Source: the human T2T-CHM13v2.0 reference genome, Homo sapiens. Taken from it: a stretch of 64,000 nt of DNA. This document shows, piece after piece, positions 13,031 to 26,158 of the stretch (the first letter of the stretch is position 1; every line of letters starts with the position of its first letter). Under the pieces are notes generated by a model. The model saw only the letters and a program-made list of their open reading frames with translations. It was not told the DNA's origin and ran no database searches. A program made the translations under genes and the position numbers. The stretch lies in assembly GCF_009914755.1 (NCBI RefSeq), contig NC_060934.1, one strand, 5' to 3'.

Positions 13031-15605
13031 GAAGAAAATGGGATACTTCTTCTTGAATGTTGGTGACCTTCAAACAACCTCTTCAACAGCGCACCATAAA
13101 TAAGGTTCTATATGTCATGTTAGACACAGAGAAAAATTTTAACAGGTATGAGATGATGGAAGAAAAGTTAAGTGCAAGATTTTATAACAGGAGTCTGATA
13201 AATGCCAGAGACACTTGTGTGAACTAGTGTAGCCTGGGGAGGTTTCTTGGAGGAGGTACAGCATGATCGATCTAAAGGGTAAATAGGACATAATTATTTG
13301 AAAAAAGGAGACATGCATTTCAGGTTGAAGGGAGAGGAAGACAACATCTTAACCAACAAGACAATGTCCCCAGTGCCCCTGTGACACATCCACATGCCAT
13401 GCCCTCATTGCTAACCTGGGACATTGCTGAGGAGGGGACCCTGTTAGAAGGCTGAGCTTCTTGCGCCAAAGGAGCAGATGTGGGCTCTTCTTTGCAATGG
13501 GTTTGTTGTTTCCTGCTTTCAGCAGGCCTGCGTCCTCCAGCCCCATTAGGATGTGGGCTGGCTCCACCTCTGTAGGCTGGATGTGGGATGGGAGGCTGAC
13601 CTGGCCCTCATGGAGGACCCTGGCTCCAATCCTCATGGCTCTGCAGGCTGTGAGCTCCTCTGCTGAGGAGATGGGGGTGTTGAATTCCCTAATGGTTCCC
13701 TAGAAAGGGACTGTTGCATACAGGTGAGCCAAGAACAGGCAGAGGACCCCTTTCCCCAAGTGATCAGCCAGGCTTGAGGTCTCTCAGTGGAAGCCTGGAG
13801 CTGGGGCTGCTGGGAATGGCCGTCTTTTCTTGAGTTGCTTACCTGTGAGGGCCGTCTGTCTGCCAGACTGCTCCTCATACTTCTGTCTGACCACTCATCT
13901 CTGGCATTCCCAGCTCTGTGAACTCAGGGCTCTGTTGGAACACTGGGTGATGGGACCCACGCAGGGGCCTTCCCTGTTGGCTGCCAAACTCACACTGAGG
14001 TCAGAGAAGGAGGCTCTGTGTGGCCATGCGAGTCTCCCCACTTCCCTCTCTTAACTCGCTTTCCCACTCTGACTTCCTTCCTTTCCAGAACTACAGTCTG
14101 AGGCAGCAAGAAGGACCCCTAAAGGTCACTAAGAGTACATAGAGATGGAGAAACTGAGGCTGAGAGAAGCGAGGAGACTCTCCCAAGACTCCAGGATGCA
14201 TCAGCCAAGGAGCAGAGACCAGTGCCCTGATGTCCGACCTGTTTTCTGTCCACTACGGCATGGGGTCCTGGCCTCACTATCTGTCCATGGGCTCTTTCTC
14301 TCCATTAGAGGTGAAGCCCTGGGGACAGGATCTGCACTTTCTACAGAACCCACAGAAGCCATGCAGAAGCCAGGCCTTTCTCCCCCGCTTCCCCTTCCTC
14401 TGCCTCCGCCTCTGCTCTCCCTGGCTCTGAGTGCCACGGACCCTCCTGCCCCTCCTGCCTTCTGCTTGCTGGCCTGGCCTGGCTCTGCCAGGCCCTCTTT
14501 CAGCACCTGCACCCCTGCAGCTTTCAACTGTTGGCCAAGTGTTGTGCTGTCACCAAGTTCGAAACGTGGCTACACTATTTTCTCTGGTTCTTTCTCTTTG
14601 GGCTGAGCCAAAAATAAAAAGCAGTCACACCCAAGGTTCAAGTTAAACGCATGTACTTACTTCCCAGTTTCCTTCTCCTTGACATACATGGTATGAGGAA
14701 GAGGGCCAGAGTGCACCCCAATCTCACCCACCCTGCAGGAGACCACACAAGCCAACTGAGGGGGCCTGCCACCCAGGTAGAATTGCAGGACAGCTTCTTC
14801 TGGCCCAGGGAGAGCCACCTGCTCTGTCATCGGGCCCAGGAGCAGGAGTAGTACAGCTGACTGACTTCCCACATGTCCAGGATAGGAGACATGCACTCCC
14901 TTTTCTTATGAGCTAACCAGACTCAGTGTAGCTGCAGTTTCTGTTGGTGCCACCAGATATACTCAGCTACTTTTTCTCCACTTCTTCCCAAGAAATCACA
15001 CTTACTCAAGTTTTAGCCAAGAGAGCCATTATCATAACACAAATATTTTAGAATGATAAGCCTAGAAAGTTCTACTAAAAGTTTTGACGATGGGTGCCCA
15101 TCTGAAAGGATTGTCATTATGTGACACATTGAGTCTGGAATCCCTGGCCCAATAAGGTGAGACCTGGGCTGTTCCCCAGCTGACCACTATCCAAAGTCCA
15201 ACTTCCACAGCTTGGCGTGGCTCCGATGGACAGTAGCGTGAAGAGGGTGGATTGAAAATTTCGTGCGGAGCAACTGACTGGAAAACGTACTTAGTGTCTC
15301 TTTTTTCGTGGTGATGGCTACAGATGTGCCGGAAAGTGCTGGAAACATTCTTCCCTTTCTCTGCCTTCACCAAGGAGGAAACGGTGCAGTGTTTCTTAAA
15401 ACTGAAGAACTTCTCCCCAGGGGATTTAATTTTTTTTTTTTTTTATGTTTCTGAGAAAGATAGTATAATTTTCTAGCCCCTAAAGAAGGCTTTTTAGTTT
15501 ACAGGAGGAGGACTATCAGGAAGGTGAGTGCAGGTGATGTGGGGGAACATGCAGGTGGAGACTTTGAGGCAGAAGAGAGGAGGAGCAGGGACCCTAGGCT
15601 GAGCT

Positions 15606-15860
15606 GGGCAAATGCCACCAGCACTAGAGGCTGGGGTGGGGTGAACGGCTCCCCAGTATCTGAGGCTGTCGACAAGCCTTGCATTCTAAAGACGTTAGCA
15701 ACAGGGCATGCCCCACCAGCAAGGAGCATCTTCCCTGTATCTGAGGCTGTCGACACACCTTGCACCCCAAAGAGGTTAGCGATGGGGAAATGCCAGCGGC
15801 AAAGATGTCTCTCCAGTATCTGAGGCTGTTGGCACATCTTGCACCCCAAACACATTAGCA
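15606..15860. repeat. ~80-bp imperfect tandem repeat, ~3 copies
   Basis: GTATCTGAGGCTGT at 15656, 15737 and 15816 (periods 81 and 79), each followed by '..C(C/T)TTGCA....AAA....TTAGC'; an ATGCC motif precedes each copy. Confidence 0.9.
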
Positions 15861-17159
15861 GAGTGGGCTACATGCACATGGGCCTTGTGAGAGGGGGTGT
15901 TTGTTTAAAGGCCAAGGAAAGACCAGTGTTTGGAAACTAGAAGTACACAGATGGAAAAAGAGTAGTAGCCGTAGGCTGGGTGGATGGATGGTGGGGGAAC
16001 TGAACCACTTTCACAGAAGCCAAAGACCAAGCCCACAGGGACCCTGTGAGCCTTCCCAGGCTTCTAGTTGCCCCAGTGATGCTAGCACAAAGCCAGCTGG
16101 GCTATACTGGGAGTGCCCGACATTCTATTCCAGTATTTCAGTTGGGACTCTTTCTCTTTTATTTTAAAAAAATTACCTATTTTTAAAAAAATCAACAATT
16201 ACTGAATTCACTCAGTTTTAGGCCACATGTTTAACACCCAGAGTAGGGAAATGAATCAGACACAGGCCCGTGGGCCCTAGTGGGGTTTGAGCTCTATCAG
16301 GGGCGGTAGTTCAGAAAGAAAAGCTGGCAGCAGACTGTGACACAGATGGCAGGAGTGAGGGAGGACGTGGGGAGCACAAACAGGGGCGGCCCATTCTTGG
16401 TGGGGTGGAGTCAGGCATGGGTTTGGGAAAAGGTGTCTCCCAGACCAAGGGCCTCTCTGACTAGAGGCTGGGGTGGGGTGAGCGGCTTCAACACACCCCG
16501 CATTCTCAGCATTTGGCTTTTTAAAGAGACTTTCTCATCTATTTCCCCAAGTGATTCTCACAATAACTGTGGTTTCTGATCTTATTCGCCAACACTCTCA
16601 TCCTCCCCAGCTGTATAAACATTTGGGCGAAGTGACTGGGTATAAGCAATTATTCTGGAAGCCCAGTGCATGGCCCGCAGAGGGGCAAGTGTGTGCATTT
16701 GAATGATGTGTGCCCCCTCATGTGAGAGTTGGGCCCCGAGCAAGCAGCTCAGGGAAGCACCCAGGCTCCTGGAGGACCCATTGCTCAGTAACAGTATCAG
16801 CCTCACAAACAAACAACATCACCCTAAGTGATCCCTCCAGATGTGCTCAAAGCAATCTCCCAGTAAATAACTGTGTCCAGCCCAACAGGGTGGGGACGGA
16901 TTTAGCAGGAAAAGGCTGCTCAGAAGAGAGAGGTTTCCTCCCTTTGAGAAGTTTCTCTCATCTCCTGCTAGCTAACCCTTTGGCATGAGATGGAAGGTGG
17001 GCCGGCTAGGCCTGGAACAGTAGGCTAGGGGATACTGAGGATGGTGCAGGGCTCTGTGAGCCTGGGTCCCGCTCAGGAATCCAGGTGTGGGGCTGGGGCT
17101 ATCAGGAACCTCTTGTTACTAATCAGTGCGGATAAAGACTTCAAGAAAAGGGAAACCAA

Positions 17160-17360
17160 CATTCTTTGAGCATTTTCATTAGGCTCTTTGGCACCTGTGC
17201 ACTGAGTGTGACGTGGGTGTTATGATTCCTCACTTACCTGAGAGAAAACTGAGGCTCAGAGAAGACTGAGGCTTACAGCACCACACAGCTGTGAGGAATC
17301 AGAGTTGATAATTGAACCTGGATGTGTTTGAGCCCTAGGCCAGCCCCTTCTGCACTTGAT
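17160..17360 (-). mobile_element. MIR fragment
   Basis: 'gagaaaactgaggctcagagaa...cacacagct...ttgaacctggatg'. Confidence 0.7.
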
Positions 17361-18329
17361 CATACTTCCTGTCATGAGTGGGTTCTGTCCAAGGACTTGG
17401 ATGGTGCAAGGGAGGTCCCATCTGAGGGTGCAAACATTAAATCAACATTCACTCTGGGGGTCATGCAAGTGCAGGACCTGCGTCTCAGGGAGGGGGCCTT
17501 CTTCCATGAAGTCCCTGGGCCTCTTCTTGCCTCAGCTTGGGAGGCAGCTCTGGGCCTCCCTCTGCCCAGGCTTCACCTCCATGGGTTCTCCTTCTATCCT
17601 TTGGCTGTTGCAGCCTCTTTTCCAGAGACCATGAAAAGGGATTGTGAAAGCGACCATGACACTGAGAACACAAGATGATTCATCTGTATCTTTTTCTACA
17701 TCAGATGAAGTCCAGTTGACATCCCTGCCCACCTGGACTCATGAGAAGTTAGTGTCTGTCCCCTTGGAGCTCCCCCTGCAATTCTCTGATTCATCTGATT
17801 CATGGGAGACCCCCATGCTTATGCAATGAAATAAATTAAATGCGGTCCCATTTCCTCCTCTTTATTAATTTATTATTGCATCTGCTAGGACTCTTTCCCA
17901 TGCCTGCACAGTTCTTTCAGAAAAGGCCAAATCTGCTGGTACCCGCCACCTCACTTCCACTCGTATGTCTCCTGACTCCCTGGATGAAGCGAATATTGAA
18001 GGGCCTCTCTTCAGCTCCATTTATATGTTTCTATACCAAACTGAGCTTGTTTGAGAAGAAGTGATGGAGCTGTGGTCTTCACGCAGGTGTCCATGACTCC
18101 CTCCTCAAGTCACTAAAGACTTCAGCTCCCTGATGGTGGCCAGGGATAACAACTTCCACCTGCTGAGTGCACACCATGTCTGGGCCTGGCGCAGACACTG
18201 TTCCAGCCTGAAGAGGCTGCACAAAAGCTCAGGCATGGCCAGACAGTGCTTGGTTGGAGGGCCTTCTCCTTCCTGGAAACCACCCTGTGTGTAATGTTTG
18301 CGTGACATTTCTTGGTTCTTCATAGCTTC

Positions 18330-18640
18330 ACAGGACAGGGTGTAGCATCCTGGTGAATGAAAAAAGCAAGTTGCAGAATGATACATAAAATAAAATGCAA
18401 TCGTGTTAAGCACACTTGCAATAGGTCTGTATTTTTTTTTCTGGATACATATTTATATATGTAAATACTAGGAAAATGTCTAGAAGGACACACCCCAATC
18501 AATACTTCTAGTTGTCTCCCAGGTGACCATTGGATGGGAGGAGCAGTGGTCAAATAATACTTTAGTCTTATCTATAATATTTTGTAAGGAGCAGTTATCT
18601 TGATTTTATTTATGCAATTAAAATTAATTTTACAATGAAA
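18330..18640 (+). mobile_element. Old L1M (L1ME/L1MC-like) 3' fragment
   Basis: 'gtgaatgaaaaaagcaagttgcagaatgataca...aatgtctagaaggacacacc'. Confidence 0.6.
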
Positions 18641-18910
18641 GGAAATGGCAAAAAATGGCATACATGCTGTGACAATCTTAGTGACTGCAAGTCTGAGAGT
18701 AAAGCCTCTTTCTACCATTTTGTGAGCTAGCTTTGTTACAAAGAAAGTGCTGGGGGAATTAAATGCTAGTTGTGATAGGTAATTTCTCTGGAAGCCTAAG
18801 GTCCCACAGCACGGAGGCTAGAGGAATTTTTTTTAAACATATATTTGTTTTATACTGGCAAAAGTGACATATATTCACAGTAGATGATTTTCAAGCTATT
18901 GAAAAGTTTT

Positions 18911-19204
<294 letters not shown>

Positions 19205-19679
19205 TGAAAAGTTTTAAATGGAAAATGGAAACCTCTTGTAATCCACCCATAGAGTCGTAATCATGGTTAACATTTCAGCACAGGGGCTACCGTGGATTTG
19301 GACACACCTGGAGTCACACCCCACCTCTGCCATTCACCTGTACCATATAAAACTTAGTCCTGGAGCTGTGAATAGGGAAGATAATACTCAGTCATAGGGC
19401 GAGAACTAATTAACTGAGGGTGCTCTGCAGTGAGCGCCAGGAGTGTTCAGTAAATACAAGTACTCACTGTGCACTGGTTGGCAGCGTCACGCCTTCATGT
19501 ATGTTTTTCCACCAAATTGGGATCATGCAATATACGTTGTATTTATCCCTTTTATCTGATATTTTAACATGCACACTTTTAATGTGGGCACTCTTGAGTC
19601 CTTGGGGACACAAGTTGAGCTGTGCCAGGCCAACTTGCAGAGCTGGTGGTGAGAGCTGTGTCCTGCACCTGCTCTGAAG

Positions 19680-20175
19680 CCATTCATGGCTCCCTGCTGC
19701 TGCCAGAGTAAATCTAATTTACTTGGAGTCTGTCTGGGTTCTTCAGACTCTGGCCCTATGCTGGCTGCCCTGCCTTTTCCCCATCTGCTTAGCCTGCTCC
19801 CTTTGCATCCAGATTCCCCTGAGTGAGTCATCCTGACACCTCCCAGCCTCCAGCCCCATGCCCGGAACTCTACCTTTCTCCTTGTGTCCATTCAAACCCA
19901 GTCTCTCCACTGGGGCTCTTGTCTTCACTGTTCAGGTACAATAATCCCCTCTATTTCTCAGTTCCACATTTTCCAGAGCACTGGTGTGACCCAAACACTT
20001 TCGACCTCAATCAGTCAATTTCATTCACTGTTTGGTATTCATTTTTCTCTCCTCAGCTACATTGCATGTCCCTAAAGACTGGGGTGTTGCAATTTGCCAC
20101 TTTTCTTTTTTTAATTCTAAAAGTTACCTAGGACTGTGCTGAACACATAGGAAACACCCAGATACATGTTGGCTG
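19680..20175 (+). mobile_element. LINE-2 fragments
   Basis: 'tggctccctgctgctgccagagtaaatc' and terminal 'cacataggaaacacccagatacatgttgg'. Confidence 0.5.
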
Positions 20176-20289
20176 GTGTTTTTGCACCAGATAATGAGTG
20201 ACTGGGTGTTTTTTGTTTGTTGCTTTTCCTAGCCTCAGGAATGTCTCCTGGCTGGGTCAGCTGTCAGCTAAGAAACACAGACCTTGTCT

Positions 20290-20812
20290 CGTGGCATGGA
20301 TATCTGCAGTTGTTATCTTTCCAGCAGCCATGCCCTTGTTTTTTCATAACCCTTTTCCCATTCTCTGTCCACGTGTTTAGCAATGAAATGGGTCAACCCT
20401 GGCTTAGGGATTGAGTCTCATTCCTGGTCACAGTGATTGGTTTAGGATGGACAGAGGACCTACACAATCCAACAAAATACCACCCTGGAACTTTTACTAC
20501 ACAAAAAGGGAGAAATATAAAGGTCTCTCCCTCCTGGTCTTTGTTTTAGAAGATAAGGAGTTCTGGACCTGCCAGCAGCCACCATATGGAGGAATTTTAC
20601 CTGAGAGCAGAGCCACTACTTGGGAAAACAGTCAAGATATGAAGGGAGTGTTGGATGTGTTACTATTAAGTGGTGGTGTCTGAACCCTGGATCCAGCCAA
20701 ACCTGCAGCCAAATCCTATCCTTGTTATTTTTAGCTATATGAACCAAAATGTTTTTGGTTTTATTAAATCAGTTTGGCTTAGCTTTTCTGTCACTCATAA
20801 CTCAAAGACTCT
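20290..20812 (+). mobile_element. MaLR LTR, MLT1J/K-like
   Basis: 'ggtcacagtgattggtttaggatgg', 'ccctggatccagcc', 'cagtttggcttagcttttctgtcactcataac'. Confidence 0.65.
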
Positions 20813-21972
20813 AGGCTTGCCTCAGCCCCTAATTCTAAGACTTCTACTATCTGAACTTCTTTTCCACAGAAACTGAACATTTTGGAGCAGCCATAACAGA
20901 CCCCAGAGCCCATGTCCATCCTCCTGGCTCTTACCTCCCAAGACCACACAAGGAGCTGCAGATCTGGAGCTGGGACTGAGTGTCTCCAGGACAGGGCTGT
21001 GCTGCTCTCCTGAGCCTTTGAGAGGACTGTGGGTGCTCACACAACCCATCACAGCTGTAGGTCTCAGGGAAACAGAGTGGTAATCATATTACAAGGGCTT
21101 CCATGGGAAGCTGCAAGGGACTTGAAGTGAGCAATGCACACAGCCTGCTTCCCAGGTACCTTCTGAGAAGTCCAAGGAAACCACATTTTTCTTGCTTTCG
21201 TGATTACTGTAAGATAGCAGAGAATCTGCTCCTGGGTGTCAGGTGTGCTGAAACTGGGCAGAAAGCTCTCAGTGCCAGGAACAGCCAAGGGTATCTGCCT
21301 CAGCTACACAGGGATAGCTGTTAAACAGGCAACCCACAAGCATGACAGTCACATACACTGCACGCACCTGTCCCGGTGGACAGCAGTTACCTCAGGGGGC
21401 CAAATCACAGGGCCCCCACTCCCTAACCCCTGGGGCCATCAACCACGCCACTCGTTCTTGCCAAGCTTGGACACAGACTTGGTCTCTTTCTCAAGGCAGC
21501 TCTGGATGACCACAACCAATGTTTGAGAGTTTGAAAGTGAGGTTAAACATTTTTATCAGCTATAGGAAAGGAATTCTGATGTGAAACACTGTAATACCTA
21601 ATATAGTCACTCAATAAACTCGAGCTTCTAATATCTGAACTGGGGAGGCAGTTAAACCAGGAGGCATTTAGTGTGACTGCCATGTTTCATAGGTTATGGA
21701 ACGGAGGCCCAGAGAGGGAAAGTTATCAGCCAAAGGTCACTTAGAGTATTCATGGCAGGTCTGAGTCTGCAACTTGGGTCTCCTGATTCCCAGTACAGTG
21801 TTCTTTCTACTCCCCTTCGGCTTCTCAAACCTCACCCCTAACTCTGGTCCACAGCTGAATGGATTCTTCCCATGGATCCAGGAGTTCTTGAGTCATCACA
21901 GACCACCATCACTATGGGAGAATGCACCATGTTGGTGGAGGCAGCCACACTCTCTTAATACAAAGGACAGGA

Positions 21973-22480
21973 TGCATTAGTCAGTAATGGCCACAACAGT
22001 GCTATGTAACAAACCACCCTGGAACTCAGGGGCTTACAATAGCAAGGATATAACCTCATGTTCATGGGTCTGCAGATTAACAGAGAATTGGGTGACCCAG
22101 GCTGGACTTGGCTGGACAGGCCTCCTTTGGAATGCTGGTTGGCTGAGGTTGGCTCCAGGATGAGGATTGGAATGCAAGTGGCTTAACATGTGTTCAATCT
22201 GTAACTCAAGCTAGAGCCTAGAAGTCTCTTATTGCAAATCAAGGAAGCACACAATAATGAGTGGAAATTTGAAGCCTTTTGAAGCCTTGGCTCAGAACTA
22301 GCATGTTATCACTTCTACCTACACTCTGTTGGTCAAATAAAGTCATCCCAATGATATGGATCAGAGGAATAGACTCCATCTCTAGTAGGAACTGCAGAAG
22401 TCTCATGACAAAGAGCATGGATATGTGTTCTTATACACAGAAGCGAGGAAGACTTGAGAGCAAACATCTAATCTACCATG
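21973..22480 (-). mobile_element. MaLR LTR, MLT1G/H-like
   Basis: 'tgcattagtcag...tgtaacaaaccacc...ggcttacaatagcaa' through 'ctgttggtcaaa...atctacca'. Confidence 0.75.
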
Positions 22481-23006
22481 TGAAGTTTCAATCTCCCCAC
22501 ATTGTCCCATCTCCATTCTTGAGTCAATGTGCTGCCATCATCCTACATCTTTGCCTCCACCTCCCTTCATTAGAGATGCACAAAGTTGCTTCTTGTGAGT
22601 GAGTCTCAGTTAAACTCCTGCATGTGCCATTTAATGCTCCTTCTAGAACACAGCCAATGAAAGGGCTCCTCCCTGCTTTCAGTTTTTCTCAGCTCCAGCC
22701 CATCATGGCTAAAGAGCCAGATGAATCTTTCTGAGGTCTAGATTTTTATCAGTCCATACCAGTGTGAAAGGCTTTAATGGCTTCCACCACCCACGACATT
22801 GAGCTTTAACCCCCCAGCCTGGCATTCTAATCCTAAAGCATTACACTGCTCTGTCCAACTATTACCTACTGTTAGGTACTGACTGTCCTGGCCTAACTGG
22901 ACAGAGTGTCCTTCATTTGTCTGCATTTTTTGGTCTCTGTGACCCACTCCATAATATCTCATGCCTTTCTCCCCAGCACCTTACACTGGCTGAGCTCCAT
23001 GTATTC

Positions 23007-23444
23007 TGTATCAGTAGGGTTCAACCAGAGAAAGAAAATCAGTAGGAGAGACATATTAAAACATTTATTGCAAAGAAATGGCTAATCCAATTCTGGAGGT
23101 TGGCTAGACAACTCTAAAATCTGTAGGACAGGCTATCCAGGAATTCTGTCTCTGGACTACAGCCTCAGACTGCGCCTGGTGTCTCCAGGCACAGGCTGAG
23201 GCTGTAGTCCAGAGACATAATTTCTTCTTCTTCTGGGAAGACTTAGCTCTCTTCTTAAGGTCTTTAAACTGATTGAACCAGGCCCACCCAGACTGCCTAG
23301 CATAATCTCCCTTACTTAAAGTCAACTGACTATGGACTTTAATCACATCTACGAAGGCTTTCATAGCAGCACCTAGATTAGTATTTGATTGAATAACTGA
23401 GGACAGTAACCTAGCCAAGCTGGCACACAAAACTGACCATCACA
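23007..23444 (-). mobile_element. ERV-L 3' LTR (MLT2E/F-like)
   Basis: Reverse strand starts TGTGATGGTCAGTTTTGTGTGCCAGCTTGGCTAGG (MLT2 5' end); abuts the ERV-L internal sequence. Confidence 0.88.
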
Positions 23445-24810
23445 TAAAACAATATACTCCTTGTCAACTTGGAATCTAAACGCATATCCTGAACCCAGGC
23501 TTAATCTCCCAGTAAAGATAATAACAAAGTCATACTCCCATCCAACATAACACAACTGTCCTGCATACAACTGAAAACGTGCTAACCCTTCTGCAGAAGA
23601 GAATGTGATGTACTTGGGTGATGCCCACTCTTCTCTCGTGATATCCTGTAACTTAAATACTATGACATAAACCTAACTACTATTAATATATACGTGTAAT
23701 GATAAGAGGATAAGAGAGAAGAAAACAAAATCATTTAATTAATACATGTATATAAACACACAAAGATATATTTATGACAAAATAAGGAAGAATACTCATA
23801 ATTATAGTCCCCACTTCTGCAACCGGTTACATGATCTTAGCTGCTCTTTATAACTTCTTCCATCACCCATTTCCTTTGTCCTCAGCAAGCACCCCAGCTA
23901 GTCATGGTTCTTTGCCTGGTGAAGTGACCCAAATATTTATTCCTGAAGGATCTGGGCTGTTAGCAGTCCTGTCTGAATTGAGTGTCGTAGTTTTCCATTG
24001 ACTTTGATTCCAGGACATGGTAATACTAAGAGACGTCCCAAGGGATCTCCTGTGTTCCAGACATACTCTTCCTAACCCCTACTGTGTGGTAGCAACCCAG
24101 TTGCCCCTTGGCAGTCAGGGCCCATCACCCAGCCAGCCCTGTAACTCCCCTTCTGCCTGTTGATTCAGAGGCATGAGGAGCCCAAGGTAGCTGAGAGACC
24201 ATCTTAACTTCCAGTTCAATGGGATCATTGTTATGACTCCTGATGGAAGCATTTCTCCCTCTGGAACTAAGACTTCTAGGTCAACAGAGTATAAAGGGGC
24301 AGAGATAGAAAGCAAAGACTATGCTAGAGAATCACTAAGGATCAAGGAGAATCTCTTAGAGGATCTGGAGATCAAGGAGTTGGGGTAGCACCCCTTACTC
24401 CCATTATAGTCCCATTTCCTAGTACTCCCATTTCTACTCCTTGATCCCTGGACCCATGAATCTCGGCAATGGAAGAAACAGCACCATGTATTGGATGCTG
24501 ATTTAGAGTAATTTTGCCATTACTTTTAATGGCAAAAACCTCAATTACTTTTTGGCAATAACCGCAATTACTTTTGCACCAACCTAATATCAAGCCAGCT
24601 GCTTCAAAATGGCAGAAACATGGCAAGACCAGTGAATTCTGCAAGTGAGTGCTCATGTCTGTACTTCACTCGCTGTGAGATGAGTTCCTTGACCAGAAGC
24701 AACTGTGTGGAATACCACGATAAAGAATAAGGTTGTCTCTAAGTCCATGCATGGTAGTTTTGGCAGAAGCACTGAGTGCAGGGAAAGCATGTATATATCC
24801 AAAGTAATTG
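23445..24810 (-). mobile_element. ERV-L internal fragment (degenerate pol 3' / dUTPase region)
   Basis: Minus ORF 24115-24315 'DLEVLVPEGEMLPSGVITMIPLNWKLR...GLLMPLNQQA' and 'IHGSRDQGVEMGV' resemble ERV-L integrase/dUTPase; contiguous with the MLT2 LTR. Confidence 0.82.
24505..24587. mobile_element. MADE1 mariner (Hsmar1-derived) MITE, rearranged
   Basis: Intact arm AACCGCAATTACTTTTGCACCAACCTAA followed by TA; centre TTGCCATTACTTTTAATGGCAA. Confidence 0.9.
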
Positions 24811-26158
24811 ACCATTGAGGAGTTCAGTCTCATCCATTACAGCCCGGGTCACGTTTCGTCTCCTCCATAAAGACTTTAGTAACCTCTCAGACCAATCCAA
24901 TGCCCATTCATTTGACCAACATTTATAGAGAGCTTTTGTGTGCTGGACACCCTGCTAGGTGCTGGGGAAAAAAACATGATCTCTGCTTTGAAAGAACTTA
25001 GGAAATTGTGAAATTGAACAAACAAATTGCTTTTCTGTGTCCTTGCAACCCAGGAGCCATGGGTTTGACCTCAGGACTGGGCAGTTTTCTGTGCCCTGGC
25101 AGACTGTGGGTGTCCTGAGGGCACGCTCCACAGTCTCACCCCAACTTGCATAACACTCAGGACATGAGATGTGCTGGAGAATCACTGGCAAGGCCTAGAA
25201 AACATGTAACTAATAGTTTCACAGAAGCCACTTCTTGGGATGTGGCCGGTGGGGATTCTGCCCTCTCTAGGGAGGTAGCAAATGTGAGTGGTGCTGTGGG
25301 CAAGGCCCTTCCTACCGCCTGCTTGTTGGGTCAGGCTGCACTGGCACTCAGCTCATCAGTCCTTCCACTCAGACAAAATCTACCTCATCTTGTTTAGGAC
25401 CACATTGTTTCCAGCCAATGCACACAATCAGAGCCAGTCTCAAAGAGGGCAGAGAAAGCCACGTGACCCCACAGGCCACCTACAAACCATACCCTCCTGT
25501 CATGGCTCCTGGAGAAAGTCTTCCCAAAGCCAGTGTTAGTTCCTGCTCCCCCTACCATGCCACCTTTCCTGCCTCTGACCAGCCACTGTACTTTATTGAT
25601 TAATATTGGCACTATCCATCGGGCATTGCATAGCTACTATATGCCAGGTATTACAAATTTGTCATCTTCTCAAATTCTCATAACAACCAAATATGTAGTC
25701 ATCCTAAGCTTCATTTACATTTGATTTCCATTCACCTTTAGTTCCTGTACTTTGTCTCAGAGGTGTAGCAAGCCCAGCTGACCTCTGGCACTGCAGGGGA
25801 AGAGAAGGAACATTGAGTTGAGAGCTGGATCTAGGCAGGGTAAGCTTGGGCAAGCCATTTCTCCTTTCTGGGCCCTGGATTTTCAGACTGTGAAATAAGA
25901 CAATATTTGGGCTGAATGATGCCTCAGTCATTTCCCAGGTAAGTTATAAATTTTTAGGTACAGCATAAAAGCCAAAGTGCTGATGCTGTGCCCAGCAAAG
26001 ATTAACACAACCAAAACTTATGCATTCTACAGAGAGCACTGGTTTCTTTATGAGCCTGCTTTTGAAACAATGTTGTTTGCTTGGAAGCTTCCCACTTACT
26101 CCTGTCTTTGCAAACCTATTTTGTGGATGTGTGTGCAACAAAACTGACATAATAGCCA

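Noticed and set aside
15062-15373. 103-aa minus-strand ORF over the CpG-retaining patch as a coding exon or retrocopy
   Set aside because: No similarity I recognise, non-ATG start, and no poly(A)/TSD pair.
15650-15860. CRISPR-like appearance of the GTATCTGAGGCTGT repeats
   Set aside because: The intervening segments are homologous to each other (whole-unit tandem repeat), the context is primate DNA, and there are no cas genes.
21100-21590. Possible old LTR
   Set aside because: Looks repeat-like, but I cannot assign termini or a family with confidence.
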